Positions 55,239 to 64,000 of a stretch of DNA of 64,000 bases are shown in pieces. The notes under the pieces are model-generated. The model made no database searches, had not been told where the DNA came from, and worked only from the letters and a program-made list of their open reading frames with translations. The stretch's first letter is position 1. Each line of letters opens with the position of its first letter. Position numbers and translations under genes: made by a program. Source of the DNA: Candidatus Nomurabacteria bacterium (GTDB lineage Bacteria; Patescibacteriota; Minisyncoccia; Phycocordibacterales; UBA5272); assembly GCA_028286645.1 (NCBI GenBank), contig JAQBRF010000004.1, positions 91,501 to 155,500 of the forward strand. Direction: 5' to 3'.

Positions 55239-55372
55239 ATTTGTCCTATTTCTTTTAATCAGGAAAATCCTGATCTTCAAAACCTATCCTATATAAAGAA
55301 AAGGGGGATGTCAAAATGAAAATAATGATTTTGTTTTAACCGATAAAATATGGTATAACTTCAATATAAACT

Positions 55373-56458
55373 ATGGCTACGAAAAATTATTACGATGTTT
55401 TGGGGATAGATAAAAGCGCTTCGAAAGAGGACATAAAAAAAGCTTTTTATAAGCTTGCTTCAAAGTACCATCCAGATAAAAAAGGAGGTGACGAAGCTAA
55501 ATTCAAAGAAATAAACGAGGCCTACCAGATTCTTTCGGACGAAAAGAAAAGAAAAGAATATGATACATACGGCCAGACATTTAATGGCGCGGGTCCACAA
55601 GGGGGAGGAGGGTTTGGTGGCTTTGGCGGATTTAATGCTTCTGACTTTGGAAATATGGAATTTGATTTCGGAGATCTTGGGGATATTTTCGGCGATATGT
55701 TCGGCGGAGGTTTTGGTGCGCAGAGACAGAAAAGAGGCCGTGATATTTCGTTAGAAATTGATGTTACATTTACCGAAGCCATATTTGGAACAGAAAGAAA
55801 TGTTCTCATATCTAAAGTAAGCACATGCAAGGTTTGTACAGGAACAGGCGCGAAACCTGGAAGCAAAAAGATAACCTGTACTATATGTAATGGCCAAGGG
55901 AAGGTTCATGATGTGAAGAAAACAATAATGGGTAATTTTCAGACAGTGAGAACCTGTGAAGTATGTCATGGCAGTGGTCAGGTTCCAGAAGAAAAATGTA
56001 ATGAGTGCCGCGGAAATGGCGTGGTGAACGCTCGCGAAGAAATAAACATAACTGTACCTGCCGGAATTTCAAACGGCGAAATGATACGCATGTCTCAAAT
56101 GGGGGAAGCGGTGCCTGGAGGAACTCCAGGAGACTTATATGTAAAGATAAATGTTCAATCTCATAAGATATGGAAAAGAGAAGGAAATGATTTAGTTACA
56201 ACTCATGAGATCAAATTAACCGATGCGCTTCTGGGGGTAAAGCATTCTGTGGAGGGGTTAGATGGAAAGATTGATATTGAAGTGCCGGCTGGAGTTCAAT
56301 CAGGTGAGATATTGCGGGTGCGCGGACGCGGGGTTCCTCATGTTCACGAAAAGAATAAAAGAGGAGATGTGCTTGTAAAACTAACGATCGCTATGCCGAA
56401 GAAGTTGTCGAAGAAGGCGATGTCTTATATCGAAGGATTACAGCAAGAAGGTCTCTAA
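55373..56458 (+). CDS. dnaJ: molecular chaperone DnaJ
   Basis: J domain with HPDK, a G/F-rich linker, and four CxxCxGxG zinc repeats. Confidence 0.95.
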   Translation: MATKNYYDVLGIDKSASKEDIKKAFYKLASKYHPDKKGGDEAKFKEINEAYQILSDEKKRKEYDTYGQTFNGAGPQGGGGFGGFGGFNASDFGNMEFDFGDLGDIFGDMFGGGFGAQRQKRGRDISLEIDVTFTEAIFGTERNVLISKVSTCKVCTGTGAKPGSKKITCTICNGQGKVHDVKKTIMGNFQTVRTCEVCHGSGQVPEEKCNECRGNGVVNAREEINITVPAGISNGEMIRMSQMGEAVPGGTPGDLYVKINVQSHKIWKREGNDLVTTHEIKLTDALLGVKHSVEGLDGKIDIEVPAGVQSGEILRVRGRGVPHVHEKNKRGDVLVKLTIAMPKKLSKKAMSYIEGLQQEGL

Positions 56459-56507
56459 GCCTTAAAATCATCCAATCTACTTTGTCGAAACTGCTTTTTC
56501 ATCACTC

Positions 56508-56533
56508 AACGTACGATTTGTACGTTTCTTTCC
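56508..56533 (+). terminator. intrinsic terminator after dnaJ
   Basis: aacgtac-gattt-gtacgtt followed by tctttcc. Confidence 0.5.
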
Positions 56534-56620
56534 AAAAATTTGTTTCTTCGCGTATCTCGAATAATTTTATAGCTTAGAATTTGTGCAGAACTAAATTTAG
56601 TTTAGATTTTAAAATGAAGC

Positions 56621-56649
56621 AACCGGGTCAGCCTTACGACTGCCCGGTT
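56621..56649 (-). terminator. hairpin downstream of the 56654..57031 minus gene
   Basis: aaccggg(tcag)...(ctg)cccggtt; on minus it is followed by gcttcatttt. Confidence 0.4.
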
Positions 56650-56653
56650 CTGG

Positions 56654-57031
56654 TTACCTGCAACGAACCGCTACGGTTCCGCCTGTTATTGACACCACCA
56701 CGAAGCTGACGATTAGTGCCACTCCGAATGCTGTGTCGAGATCTTTCCACTGCATGAGACCGAGGACGCAGCTATCTATGAATAGAGGAAGCACCAGGGT
56801 CACCATGGAGAGGATGATGGCAAGGGCTCCAATTTGGTAGCCCTTCATCACTATGCTCACCCACTTATTGCGAGGGAGATGCAGAAGCTCGAAGAGGATT
56901 ATTCCCGCCGCACATCCGACGAGGTTGATCGGAGTTAGGGGGTGAAAGTCTTTTATCGCAAAGATGTACATGATGTAAATCAAGGTAGACACCATTGCGA
57001 TACGAAGGAACAGCTTCACTTGGTTATTCAT
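56654..57031 (-). CDS. hypothetical membrane protein (125 aa), GC-rich class
   Basis: Four hydrophobic helices; GGAGA 7 nt upstream on minus. Confidence 0.45.
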   Translation of the reverse strand: MNNQVKLFLRIAMVSTLIYIMYIFAIKDFHPLTPINLVGCAAGIILFELLHLPRNKWVSIVMKGYQIGALAIILSMVTLVLPLFIDSCVLGLMQWKDLDTAFGVALIVSFVVVSITGGTVAVRCR

Positions 57032-57163
57032 GGTTAATCTCCATAGGCAGCCGTGAAAAACAGAGGAAAGGGTTATTTTTACTCTAGGATATGTGTATCA
57101 GTTTGTCAAGTTTAAGTATTCAACTAATTATCAATTATTAATTACTGTGTTAAAATTAATTTT

Positions 57164-58180
57164 ATGTTCTCATTCTTCTCAAAACCAGATACCAGGAAAG
57201 TTCTTGTCTCAGGAATAAAGCCAACCGGACGTCCTCATGTGGGTAATTATTTTGGTGCCATGAAGCAAAATATTGCTTTTTCCAATAGTGGAGACTATAG
57301 AAGTTTTGTATTTATTGCCGATTACCACGCACTTACCACAGTAAAAAATAAGGAAGAATTAAGTAAACAGACTGTGGAAATGGTGGCGGGGTATATTGCT
57401 TGTGGATTGGATATCAATAAAGCGATTTTATTTAAACAGTCAGATGTGCCAGAGCATACCGAGCTTTGTTGGATATTTAATAATATAGTTACAGTCCCAT
57501 ATCTGATGCGAGCTCATGCTTATAAAGATCATGAGGCAAAAGGGAAAGAAGTAAATGCTGGACTCTTTGATTATCCAGTCCTAATGGCTGCAGATATATT
57601 AATGTATGGGGCAGACATCGTACCAGTGGGCGCGGATCAGAAGCAGCACGTTGAATATGCTCGCGATATTGCTGGTTTTTATAACAGAGCTTTTATAAAG
57701 GATAACCGCGAATACTTTAAAATGCCTAAGGAGCTTATCGTTGAGCGTGTCGCAACTATTCCAGGAATTGATGGGAAAAAGATGTCAAAAAGCTATGGCA
57801 ATCACATAGAGTTATTCTGCCCAGAAGAAGAGTTAAAAAAAACCGTGATGTCTATCGTTACTGATAGTTCTTCTCCTGAGGAAAAGAAAAATCCCGATGA
57901 AAATAATATTTATAATATTCACAAACACTTTTTGAGCACAGAAGAGGATTTACTTTTGCGAGCGAAATTTGAAAATGGAGGATATTCGTATAAGCAAGCA
58001 AAGGAGGATTTGCTAGAAACTATTTTCAAATGGAGAAAAGGAAAAATTGATATTTATATGAGGCTTGTTAAAAATCCAAATAAAATTTATAAAATTTTAA
58101 ATAAAGGAGGAAGAATTGCAAAAACCGAAGCGCAGAAGAGAATGAAAGAGGTAAGGAAACAAGTGGGATTAGATTTATAA
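57164..58180 (+). CDS. trpS: tryptophanyl-tRNA synthetase
   Basis: Class I HIGH-type motif KPTGRPHVGNYFGA and KMSKS; 338 aa. Confidence 0.88.
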   Translation: MFSFFSKPDTRKVLVSGIKPTGRPHVGNYFGAMKQNIAFSNSGDYRSFVFIADYHALTTVKNKEELSKQTVEMVAGYIACGLDINKAILFKQSDVPEHTELCWIFNNIVTVPYLMRAHAYKDHEAKGKEVNAGLFDYPVLMAADILMYGADIVPVGADQKQHVEYARDIAGFYNRAFIKDNREYFKMPKELIVERVATIPGIDGKKMSKSYGNHIELFCPEEELKKTVMSIVTDSSSPEEKKNPDENNIYNIHKHFLSTEEDLLLRAKFENGGYSYKQAKEDLLETIFKWRKGKIDIYMRLVKNPNKIYKILNKGGRIAKTEAQKRMKEVRKQVGLDL

Positions 58181-58225
58181 AAAGAAAACGCCCGTAGGCG
58201 CCATAAAGGGTCTTTATATGTGCTT

Positions 58226-58711
58226 TTAAACCTTGCACATACCGCAGGTGATTGCCTCAAGCATTGCCGCAATCCACGCGTTGGTATTTTCCGCTAAAGT
58301 GGATTTTTTGATGATCCGATCTTTAGGAAAGTCTTTGAGCATTGTCCGGATGAGTTCGGGTGGGTGATGTGTAAAGATGATCGTTGGCAGCCGGAGCGGT
58401 TGGATTCTCTTGACGAGCCCAATACCTCTTGCTTCATCTTCCTCGTAGAACTTATGCTCGAGGCTACCCACGGCCGGAGAGATGTCCTTGCTGCGTTCGT
58501 CATAAGGAATCTCGAGGCTGGTGGAAATCGTAATCACCTTCCTGGTGTCCACGACTTCAATCGCACCGACGTAAGATTCTCTTGCGAGTACTTCGGCTTG
58601 GATCTCTCGCTTCTCAAGCTCGCCCATTAAACGTCGAACGATGCTAATTCGGAATGTGGGACTTCCGTATTCCACTACGAGAACTGCAGGTATAGTTCCT
58701 GCCTCATTCAT
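58226..58711 (-). CDS. hypothetical protein (161 aa), GC-rich class
   Basis: AGGGAG 6 nt upstream on minus; elevated GC. Confidence 0.45.
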   Translation of the reverse strand: MNEAGTIPAVLVVEYGSPTFRISIVRRLMGELEKREIQAEVLARESYVGAIEVVDTRKVITISTSLEIPYDERSKDISPAVGSLEHKFYEEDEARGIGLVKRIQPLRLPTIIFTHHPPELIRTMLKDFPKDRIIKKSTLAENTNAWIAAMLEAITCGMCKV

Positions 58712-58821
58712 TGCTGTCTCCCTGATCAGGTTTATAATGACTTAAATATAAACTACAACTTTTAATCACGTAAGTCAAGTTATCTTCATATAATTCATAT
58801 ATTTGTTATAATAGAAAAACT

Positions 58822-60231
58822 ATGCAAAGAACTCTGATAAAAAATATTTCTCCACTTGTTGGAAGTGAAGTTCTTGTACAAGGATGGATTGATGTAAGAA
58901 GAGACCAGGGGAAAATGGTCTTTTTAGATCTTAGGGATTACACAGGGAAAATCCAAGGAGTTGTTCTTCCAAATCATACAGAAGCGCTTGATGTCGCCCA
59001 GAAGCTTCGTACCGAATGGGTAGTGGAAGTAACCGCTCAAGTTAATGAGCGTCCCGAGAAAAATATAAAGGCAGATGTAGTAAATGGAGATGTAGAATTG
59101 GAAATTCTTTCCATACAGGTTTTAAACGAAGCAGAAACTCCTGCCTTTGATATTTCTACGGATGGATTAGAAGTGGGAGAGACCGTGCGCATGGAATATA
59201 AATATTTAGATCAGAGGCGCGCTCGCATACAAAGAAATATGCGTACTCGCCATAGGGTAATTAAATATATCCGAGATTATTTAGATAAAGAAAGTTTTAC
59301 AGAAGTAGAAACACCATTATTAACAAACCCGACTCCAGAAGGAGCTAGGAGTTATTTGGTTCCATCGAGAATTTATCCTGGAAGCTTTTACGCTCTTCCC
59401 CAATCTCCGCAGCAGTACAAACAATTGCTTATGGTAGGAGGTCTTGAAAAGTATTTCCAGATAGCAAGATGCATGAGAGATGAGGATACAAGAGGGGATC
59501 GCCAGCCAGAATTTACTCAGCTTGATATCGAAATGAGTTTCGCTACGAAAGAAGAAGTAAGAAGTTTAAATGAAAGTTTATTAATTGCGCTCATAAGTTC
59601 GCTCTTTCCAGAAAAAAGAATTCAAACAGTCCCATTCCCAGTTATTACATATAAAGAATCAATGGAAAAGTATGGGAATGACAGGCCGGACTTAAGAGAA
59701 GATAAAAATGATCCTAACCTACTTTCATTTGCTTGGATAGTAGATTTTCCTTTCTTTGAAAAAACAGGGGAAGAAAATTTAGATGGTACTGGCGAATGGA
59801 CGTTTACTCATAATCCATTTTCTAAAGCCCAGGATAAATATAAAGAGGATTTATTAAAGAAAGAGAATGTTGGAGAAATTATTGCTGAACAGTATGATAT
59901 TACATTAAACGGATTTGAGATTGGAGGAGGGTCTATCCGCGAACATAATGCAGACGCCTTAAGAAAAGTTTTTGAAATCATGGGATATAGTGACGAAAGG
60001 ATTGATGGAAACTTCGGACACATGTTAAAGGCTTTAAAGTCTGGATGTCCTCCGCACGGTGGTATTGCTTGGGGGTTAGACAGGCTTCTAATGATTCTTT
60101 TAAATGAGCCAAATATCCGTGAAGTAATTGCATTTCCTAAGACAGGCGAAGGGAAAGACCTACTTATGGAATCGCCGTCTCCAGCTCCAGAAAAAACTCT
60201 GAAGGAACTAAAAATTTCTATAAACAAGTAA
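58822..60231 (+). CDS. aspS: aspartyl-tRNA synthetase, short form without the GAD insertion
   Basis: OB-fold N-domain, then FRDEDTRGDRQPEFTQLDIE (motif 2) and GGIAWGLDRLLMIL (motif 3); 469 aa. Confidence 0.88.
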   Translation: MQRTLIKNISPLVGSEVLVQGWIDVRRDQGKMVFLDLRDYTGKIQGVVLPNHTEALDVAQKLRTEWVVEVTAQVNERPEKNIKADVVNGDVELEILSIQVLNEAETPAFDISTDGLEVGETVRMEYKYLDQRRARIQRNMRTRHRVIKYIRDYLDKESFTEVETPLLTNPTPEGARSYLVPSRIYPGSFYALPQSPQQYKQLLMVGGLEKYFQIARCMRDEDTRGDRQPEFTQLDIEMSFATKEEVRSLNESLLIALISSLFPEKRIQTVPFPVITYKESMEKYGNDRPDLREDKNDPNLLSFAWIVDFPFFEKTGEENLDGTGEWTFTHNPFSKAQDKYKEDLLKKENVGEIIAEQYDITLNGFEIGGGSIREHNADALRKVFEIMGYSDERIDGNFGHMLKALKSGCPPHGGIAWGLDRLLMILLNEPNIREVIAFPKTGEGKDLLMESPSPAPEKTLKELKISINK

Positions 60232-60311
60232 GTTGACTTTATATATAATTGTGATATAATAAAAAATAGACGGAACTTTTGTTTCGTCACTTTATAGGGA
60301 GACTAAAAATC

Positions 60312-60758
60312 ATGGCCACTTCGTCCGAAGGTCGCTTGGCTCGCTTCTGGCGCAACAACAGGAAGGCGGTGATATTCGCTCTCGCCCTTCTCCTCTGCGG
60401 TATCGTCGGTAACGGTGGTTACATCTGGGGTAAAAACGATCTCTCAACTGTGATCAAGCAGCGCGATCAGCTTTCGCGAGAAAATGGCAAGCTTCAACTC
60501 AGGGAACAGGAGCTCCGTATCGATCTCCACAATCTGACTCTCCTGAGACAGGAAGCGGAAGCTCATGCGGGGCGTGAAAGCATGGCTCGCGAGAAAGCCG
60601 AAGGTAACGCTGCAAACGCTCTTAGGCGTGCCAGGCTTGCTGAAAAGAATGCAAGTGCTGAGCAGATCGGCCAGCGAAATGCTGCCGAAGTCGCAAAAGC
60701 CGCCGCGAAAGAAGCTGCCCGCATCAAGCACGAAGCCGGGGCTCCGCCTAGGCGTTAA
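60312..60758 (+). CDS. membrane-anchored coiled-coil hypothetical protein, GC-rich class
   Basis: ATG at 60312 preceded by GGGAGA. TM helix AVIFALALLLCGIV, then a long Ala/Arg/Glu-rich coiled coil. A strong terminator follows. Confidence 0.45.
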   Translation: MATSSEGRLARFWRNNRKAVIFALALLLCGIVGNGGYIWGKNDLSTVIKQRDQLSRENGKLQLREQELRIDLHNLTLLRQEAEAHAGRESMAREKAEGNAANALRRARLAEKNASAEQIGQRNAAEVAKAAAKEAARIKHEAGAPPRR

Positions 60759-60780
60759 CAAGCGCAGTGGTCGCGCGAGA

Positions 60781-60808
60781 CGGGGTAGCGATACCCCGTT
60801 TTTATTTT
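60781..60808 (+). terminator. intrinsic terminator
   Basis: cggggta-gcga-taccccg followed by tttttattttg. Confidence 0.65.
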
Positions 60809-60866
60809 GCATAATAAGTAACCTTTTGCTGTCACAATTCGTCTAGAATATTGTTATACTTAATAT

Positions 60867-62102
60867 ATGAAGAAATATACTTTTTTGGGCATTTTTATAA
60901 TTTTATTAGGCGTAGGAGGTCTTACATTAGCGGCAACTACCACTAAAACACCCGTTAAGGCTCCGGCCAAGACTACTAAAACCGTAGTTAAAACTCCTGT
61001 GAAGAAAACTACAACCGTCGCTACGAAATTTGATTACGAAGCTTGGATTCCGTATTGGAGAAAAACTGAAGGTGCGGCAAATGCCACAGCGAACCTCGAT
61101 AAGCTTACTCAAATAAGTCCATTTAACTATGAACTTAAACTAGATGGCTCAAACATAATTGATGACGCGGGAGTTATAAATGAAGAGCCTTGGGTAAGCC
61201 TTATAGCTCAAGCCAAGAAAAAGGGAGTAAAAGTTTATCCTACAATATTAGCTTATCCTCATAATGATACAGAGAAAAATAATTTATACCTTCTTTTAGC
61301 ACAACGCGAAAGCAGGAATGCCCACATACAGGATATTATGGAAACAGTAACAATGAATAATTTTGACGGTATTGATATTGACTACGAAGCAAAGACTGCC
61401 GAAACGAGAGATTACTTTTCAGATTTTCTTACTAAGTTGGGAACGGAGCTACATAAGAAAAACAAGCAGCTTATTTGTACTATAGAAGCAAGAACTCCTC
61501 CAGAAAGTAAATTCGCAACTACTTCACCAGAAGTATTGCAGAAAATCGAATATTCAAATGATTACAAAGCGATAGGGGCTGCATGTGATCAGGTTCGTAT
61601 AATGATGTATGACCAGATGAATGATGACCAGGTATTGGTGAACGCAAACAGTGCGCAAGGAAATTTGTATATGCCCGTAGCTGACATTGAATGGATAAAG
61701 AAAGTGGCGACTCTTGCTCTCTGGGATATTCCTGCCAAAAAAATCATCATGGGAGTTCCGACATATGGATATAAATATGAAATAACTCCCGCTACAGCCA
61801 CTAATCGTGCGAAATATTCAAGAATAGGGTCTATGAACTGGAATTATGCAGATGAATTAGCCAAGTCTATTGGAGTAACTCCTATCAGAAATAGTGCCGG
61901 AGAATTAAGCTTTACATATGCTACTTCTACTGGGGTTAATGGCGAAGATTTAGGAGGAATAAAGCAATACTTAATTTGGTATTCAGACGCGCAAGCCATT
62001 GCGGATAAAATTAAAATAGCAAAGCTTTATGGATTAGGCGGAATCGCAATATTTAAAATCGATGGAGGATTTGATCCGAAGCTCTGGAGTGTACTTAAAT
62101 AA
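60867..62102 (+). CDS. secreted glycoside hydrolase family 18 (chitinase-like) with a Thr/Lys/Pro-rich repeat linker
   Basis: N-terminal signal/TM segment, TTKTPVKAPAKTTKTVVKTPVKKTTTV repeats, and the GH18 catalytic motif FDGIDIDYE (DxxDxDxE). Confidence 0.8.
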   Translation: MKKYTFLGIFIILLGVGGLTLAATTTKTPVKAPAKTTKTVVKTPVKKTTTVATKFDYEAWIPYWRKTEGAANATANLDKLTQISPFNYELKLDGSNIIDDAGVINEEPWVSLIAQAKKKGVKVYPTILAYPHNDTEKNNLYLLLAQRESRNAHIQDIMETVTMNNFDGIDIDYEAKTAETRDYFSDFLTKLGTELHKKNKQLICTIEARTPPESKFATTSPEVLQKIEYSNDYKAIGAACDQVRIMMYDQMNDDQVLVNANSAQGNLYMPVADIEWIKKVATLALWDIPAKKIIMGVPTYGYKYEITPATATNRAKYSRIGSMNWNYADELAKSIGVTPIRNSAGELSFTYATSTGVNGEDLGGIKQYLIWYSDAQAIADKIKIAKLYGLGGIAIFKIDGGFDPKLWSVLK

Positions 62103-62281
62103 CTAGATAATAGACGTTAGATTTTAGATGTCAGATTAATAAAGAAGGATAGAATATAAAACGTAGGAAAATAAAAGTTTCTAGAGCACGCGAAGTTTAG
62201 TTTGGGAGTACATATATTTAAAATTAATTAGGGACTTGGTCCTGAGCTTCGGAGTGTACTTAAAAATTTAGAAATGAAGAA

Positions 62282-62320
62282 TTCCCAGAGGCGCTATAAA
62301 ACAGCGCCTCTGGGAATTTT
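62282..62320 (+). terminator. strong hairpin terminator (13-bp stem)
   Basis: ttcccagaggcgc-tataaaaca-gcgcctctgggaa followed by tttt. Lies immediately next to the stop of the 62319..62747 minus gene. Confidence 0.6.
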
Positions 62321-62747
62321 AGTACGATCGCTTGATCCTGTTGACCACCACCGTAATGTACGGCTCCCGTTCGTAATCAAGCATGAGAAGCGTCGAGAAG
62401 CCTTCACCCTGCTCTTCACAGCCCCATATGAGGTTCTTCGGAAAGACCTCTTCAATGAAGCAGTCTCCCACGAGTTGGTCAGCCTCTTCGGGGGTTCGGG
62501 CATATTTGACGACGTTCCGGATCATGCCATCTATCTCGGTAAAACTTAACCGCTCGAAGTGCCGCGGCTTGTAAACCGCATTCGTTCGTCCACCAGTAGT
62601 TACTTGTGCCCAGCCATGCCGAGCTAGGGCGGCGATTCGGACCCCTACCGAAAGGCACTCCCAGGTGATGTGAGTCGGAAGGGCGTCCGATTCTGTCGGC
62701 ATCAGGTCTGCCTGGGTTGCCAATACTATGTCGCCATGGATTTTCAT
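62319..62747 (-). CDS. hypothetical protein (142 aa), GC-rich class
   Basis: ATG at 62747 (MKIHGDIVLATQADL...) preceded by AGGAGA 6 nt upstream; GC-rich. Confidence 0.45.
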   Translation of the reverse strand: MKIHGDIVLATQADLMPTESDALPTHITWECLSVGVRIAALARHGWAQVTTGGRTNAVYKPRHFERLSFTEIDGMIRNVVKYARTPEEADQLVGDCFIEEVFPKNLIWGCEEQGEGFSTLLMLDYEREPYITVVVNRIKRSY

Positions 62748-62880
62748 CGGTGTTCTCCTATCGGTGTCCAGAGGGTGTTCGTGTGTAGGATACAATGTAC
62801 TTGCTATATTGTCAAATATATACAATTTGATTATTATCTGGAGCGTACTAAAATAAAAAACCCGCGTGTAACATGCGGGC

Positions 62881-63114
62881 CTATCTACTACATTTGAATT
62901 GCTGGAACCCTTCAATCACCCGGACTCTTACATTTATCAGAAACTCGTGTTCTGGGTACTCGAATATCTGCAAGAGATAAAGCTGGGGGTTGAAATGGGC
63001 GGCTACTCTTCTCATCGCTTCGTCCTTGGTCTCAGCGCCTTTAATGAGTTTGATTATTTCTTCCCGAAGACGATCTCCCGATATTAGTCTAGGGTTAATC
63101 TTTTTTTCTGCCAT
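62881..63114 (-). CDS. small hypothetical protein (77 aa)
   Basis: GGAG 8 nt upstream on minus. Confidence 0.3.
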   Translation of the reverse strand: MAEKKINPRLISGDRLREEIIKLIKGAETKDEAMRRVAAHFNPQLYLLQIFEYPEHEFLINVRVRVIEGFQQFKCSR

Positions 63115-63218
63115 TTCTAAAGCTCCAAAAAACTGTATATTTTTAGAGTATTTAAATTATTCTTTGTAGTCAAGCAGTTTCACTGGTATGCATTCTAGAC
63201 TCCCTATATACTATCCTT

Positions 63219-63938
63219 ATGGAATTTACTGTTAAACTTGATCGGTTTGAAGGACCGTATACTAAGTTACTTGAGCTATTAGAGCAAAAGAAATTATCAA
63301 TCACTGAAATTTCTCTTGTAACAATTGCTGATGATTATATTTCTTATATAAAGACATTGGATCAGAAAAATCTAGTAGATATTTCACAGTTTATAGTTGT
63401 GGCTTCAACGCTTATGCTGATGAAAGCAAAATCGCTTTTACCCGGAGTGGTATATACGGAAGAGGAAGAAAAGCAGGTTCATGATCTTGAAAGAAAGTTG
63501 GAGCTGTACGCCATCTTACAAGAGGCTGGCGGGTTAATTCGATCTACTTACATGAAAACCCCGCTTCACTCTCGAGATAGAATTGCTTACAAAGGTGGAT
63601 CTGTATTCGTCCCAGATATGCGTTTAAACCAAAATCTTCTTCATTCAATTGCAAACTTAACCTTAATGTCTTTCATTACACCAAAGGCATTGGTTAAAGT
63701 TGCGGTAGAGCAGGCACTACGGTTAGAAAATGTAATAGAGTCAATGTTAAACCGCGTGCGAGAAATGAAAGCAGTAACTCTTGAAAAGCTGACAGATGGA
63801 GCGAAAACAATTGAAGAAAGAAAGAAGCTTTTAATAGTTCATTTTATTGCATTGTTAGAATTGCTCCGAAGCGGAGAAATCCAGGCTGAGCAAAATACAA
63901 ACGGAGGAGATATACAGATAATTCATCAAAACGCATGA
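63219..63938 (+). CDS. scpA: segregation and condensation protein A (kleisin)
   Basis: N-terminus MEFTVKLDRFEGPYTKLLELLEQKKLSITEISLVTIADDYISYI matches the ScpA FEGPLDLL pattern. Confidence 0.8.
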   Translation: MEFTVKLDRFEGPYTKLLELLEQKKLSITEISLVTIADDYISYIKTLDQKNLVDISQFIVVASTLMLMKAKSLLPGVVYTEEEEKQVHDLERKLELYAILQEAGGLIRSTYMKTPLHSRDRIAYKGGSVFVPDMRLNQNLLHSIANLTLMSFITPKALVKVAVEQALRLENVIESMLNRVREMKAVTLEKLTDGAKTIEERKKLLIVHFIALLELLRSGEIQAEQNTNGGDIQIIHQNA

Positions 63939-64000
63939 TTCTCCATGTTAAACTAAGCACATGTTGCAGAAACTTGTTACCATTCTCTTCCTTTCAGGAG

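Noticed and set aside
54783-55319. 178-aa plus-strand ORF between dnaK and dnaJ
   Set aside because: dnaK is followed by a strong terminator and dnaJ has its own promoter. The minus-strand reading (54771..55238) is convergent with that terminator. The choice between the two remains uncertain.
42718-60231. T-box or other leader riboswitches upstream of aaRS genes (alaS, trpS, aspS, lysS, proS)
   Set aside because: All have 20-40 nt or less between the upstream terminator/promoter and the ATG, which is too short for a T-box.
1-64000. tRNA, rRNA, tmRNA, SRP RNA and CRISPR arrays
   Set aside because: No GTTCGA(A/G)TCC-type T-arm motifs in the intergenic regions, no rRNA-like conserved stretches, and no regularly spaced direct repeats with spacers.
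63935-64000. Partial ORF overlapping the scpA stop (ATGA), possibly scpB
   Set aside because: Only 21 codons are visible (MILHVKLSTCCRNLLPFSSFQE) and they do not resemble the ScpB N-terminus. Not enough sequence to call.

Overview
This window reads as a small, AT-rich, gene-dense bacterial chromosome segment with short intergenic regions, probably a reduced-genome organism (CPR/Patescibacteria-like; inference only). No rRNA, tRNA or CRISPR arrays were seen.

Core content:
- Translation/cell-envelope genes: frr (5' partial), rseP, proS, mreB, mreC, a PBP2-type transpeptidase, greA, lysS, a truncated dcw cluster (mraZ-rsmH-ftsL-ftsI), and a DsbA-like protein.
- An accessory block of small enzymes (20.1-26.8 kb): two GNATs, three Nudix hydrolases, a deaminase, an alpha/beta hydrolase, a methyltransferase, an SDR and a histidine phosphatase.
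- A recombinase module (29.0-32.6 kb): an HTH/zinc-ribbon protein, a tyrosine integrase, an excisionase-like protein and a large serine recombinase whose 3' end overlaps ychF.
- A divergent pair made of a cyclodipeptide synthase and a truncated class-II aaRS-like protein (33.7-35.2 kb).
- A three-gene operon of PEP-synthase/rifampin-phosphotransferase-like proteins carrying one ATP-grasp domain and four phosphohistidine swivel domains (35.6-40.8 kb), flanked by a 59-bp direct repeat.
- The alpha ribosomal operon: alaS, infA, rpmJ, rpsM, rpsK, rpsD, rpoA, rplQ, rplM, rpsI.
- Then grpE-dnaK, dnaJ, trpS, aspS, a secreted GH18 and scpA.

Two gene classes recur across the whole window:
- AT-rich core genes with an extended -10 box (TGnTAnAnT) ending 6-8 nt before the ATG and no Shine-Dalgarno, i.e. 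leaderless-type.
- About 18 interspersed GC-rich singleton hypothetical genes, often on the opposite strand, each with a canonical GGAG-type Shine-Dalgarno and its own intrinsic terminator.
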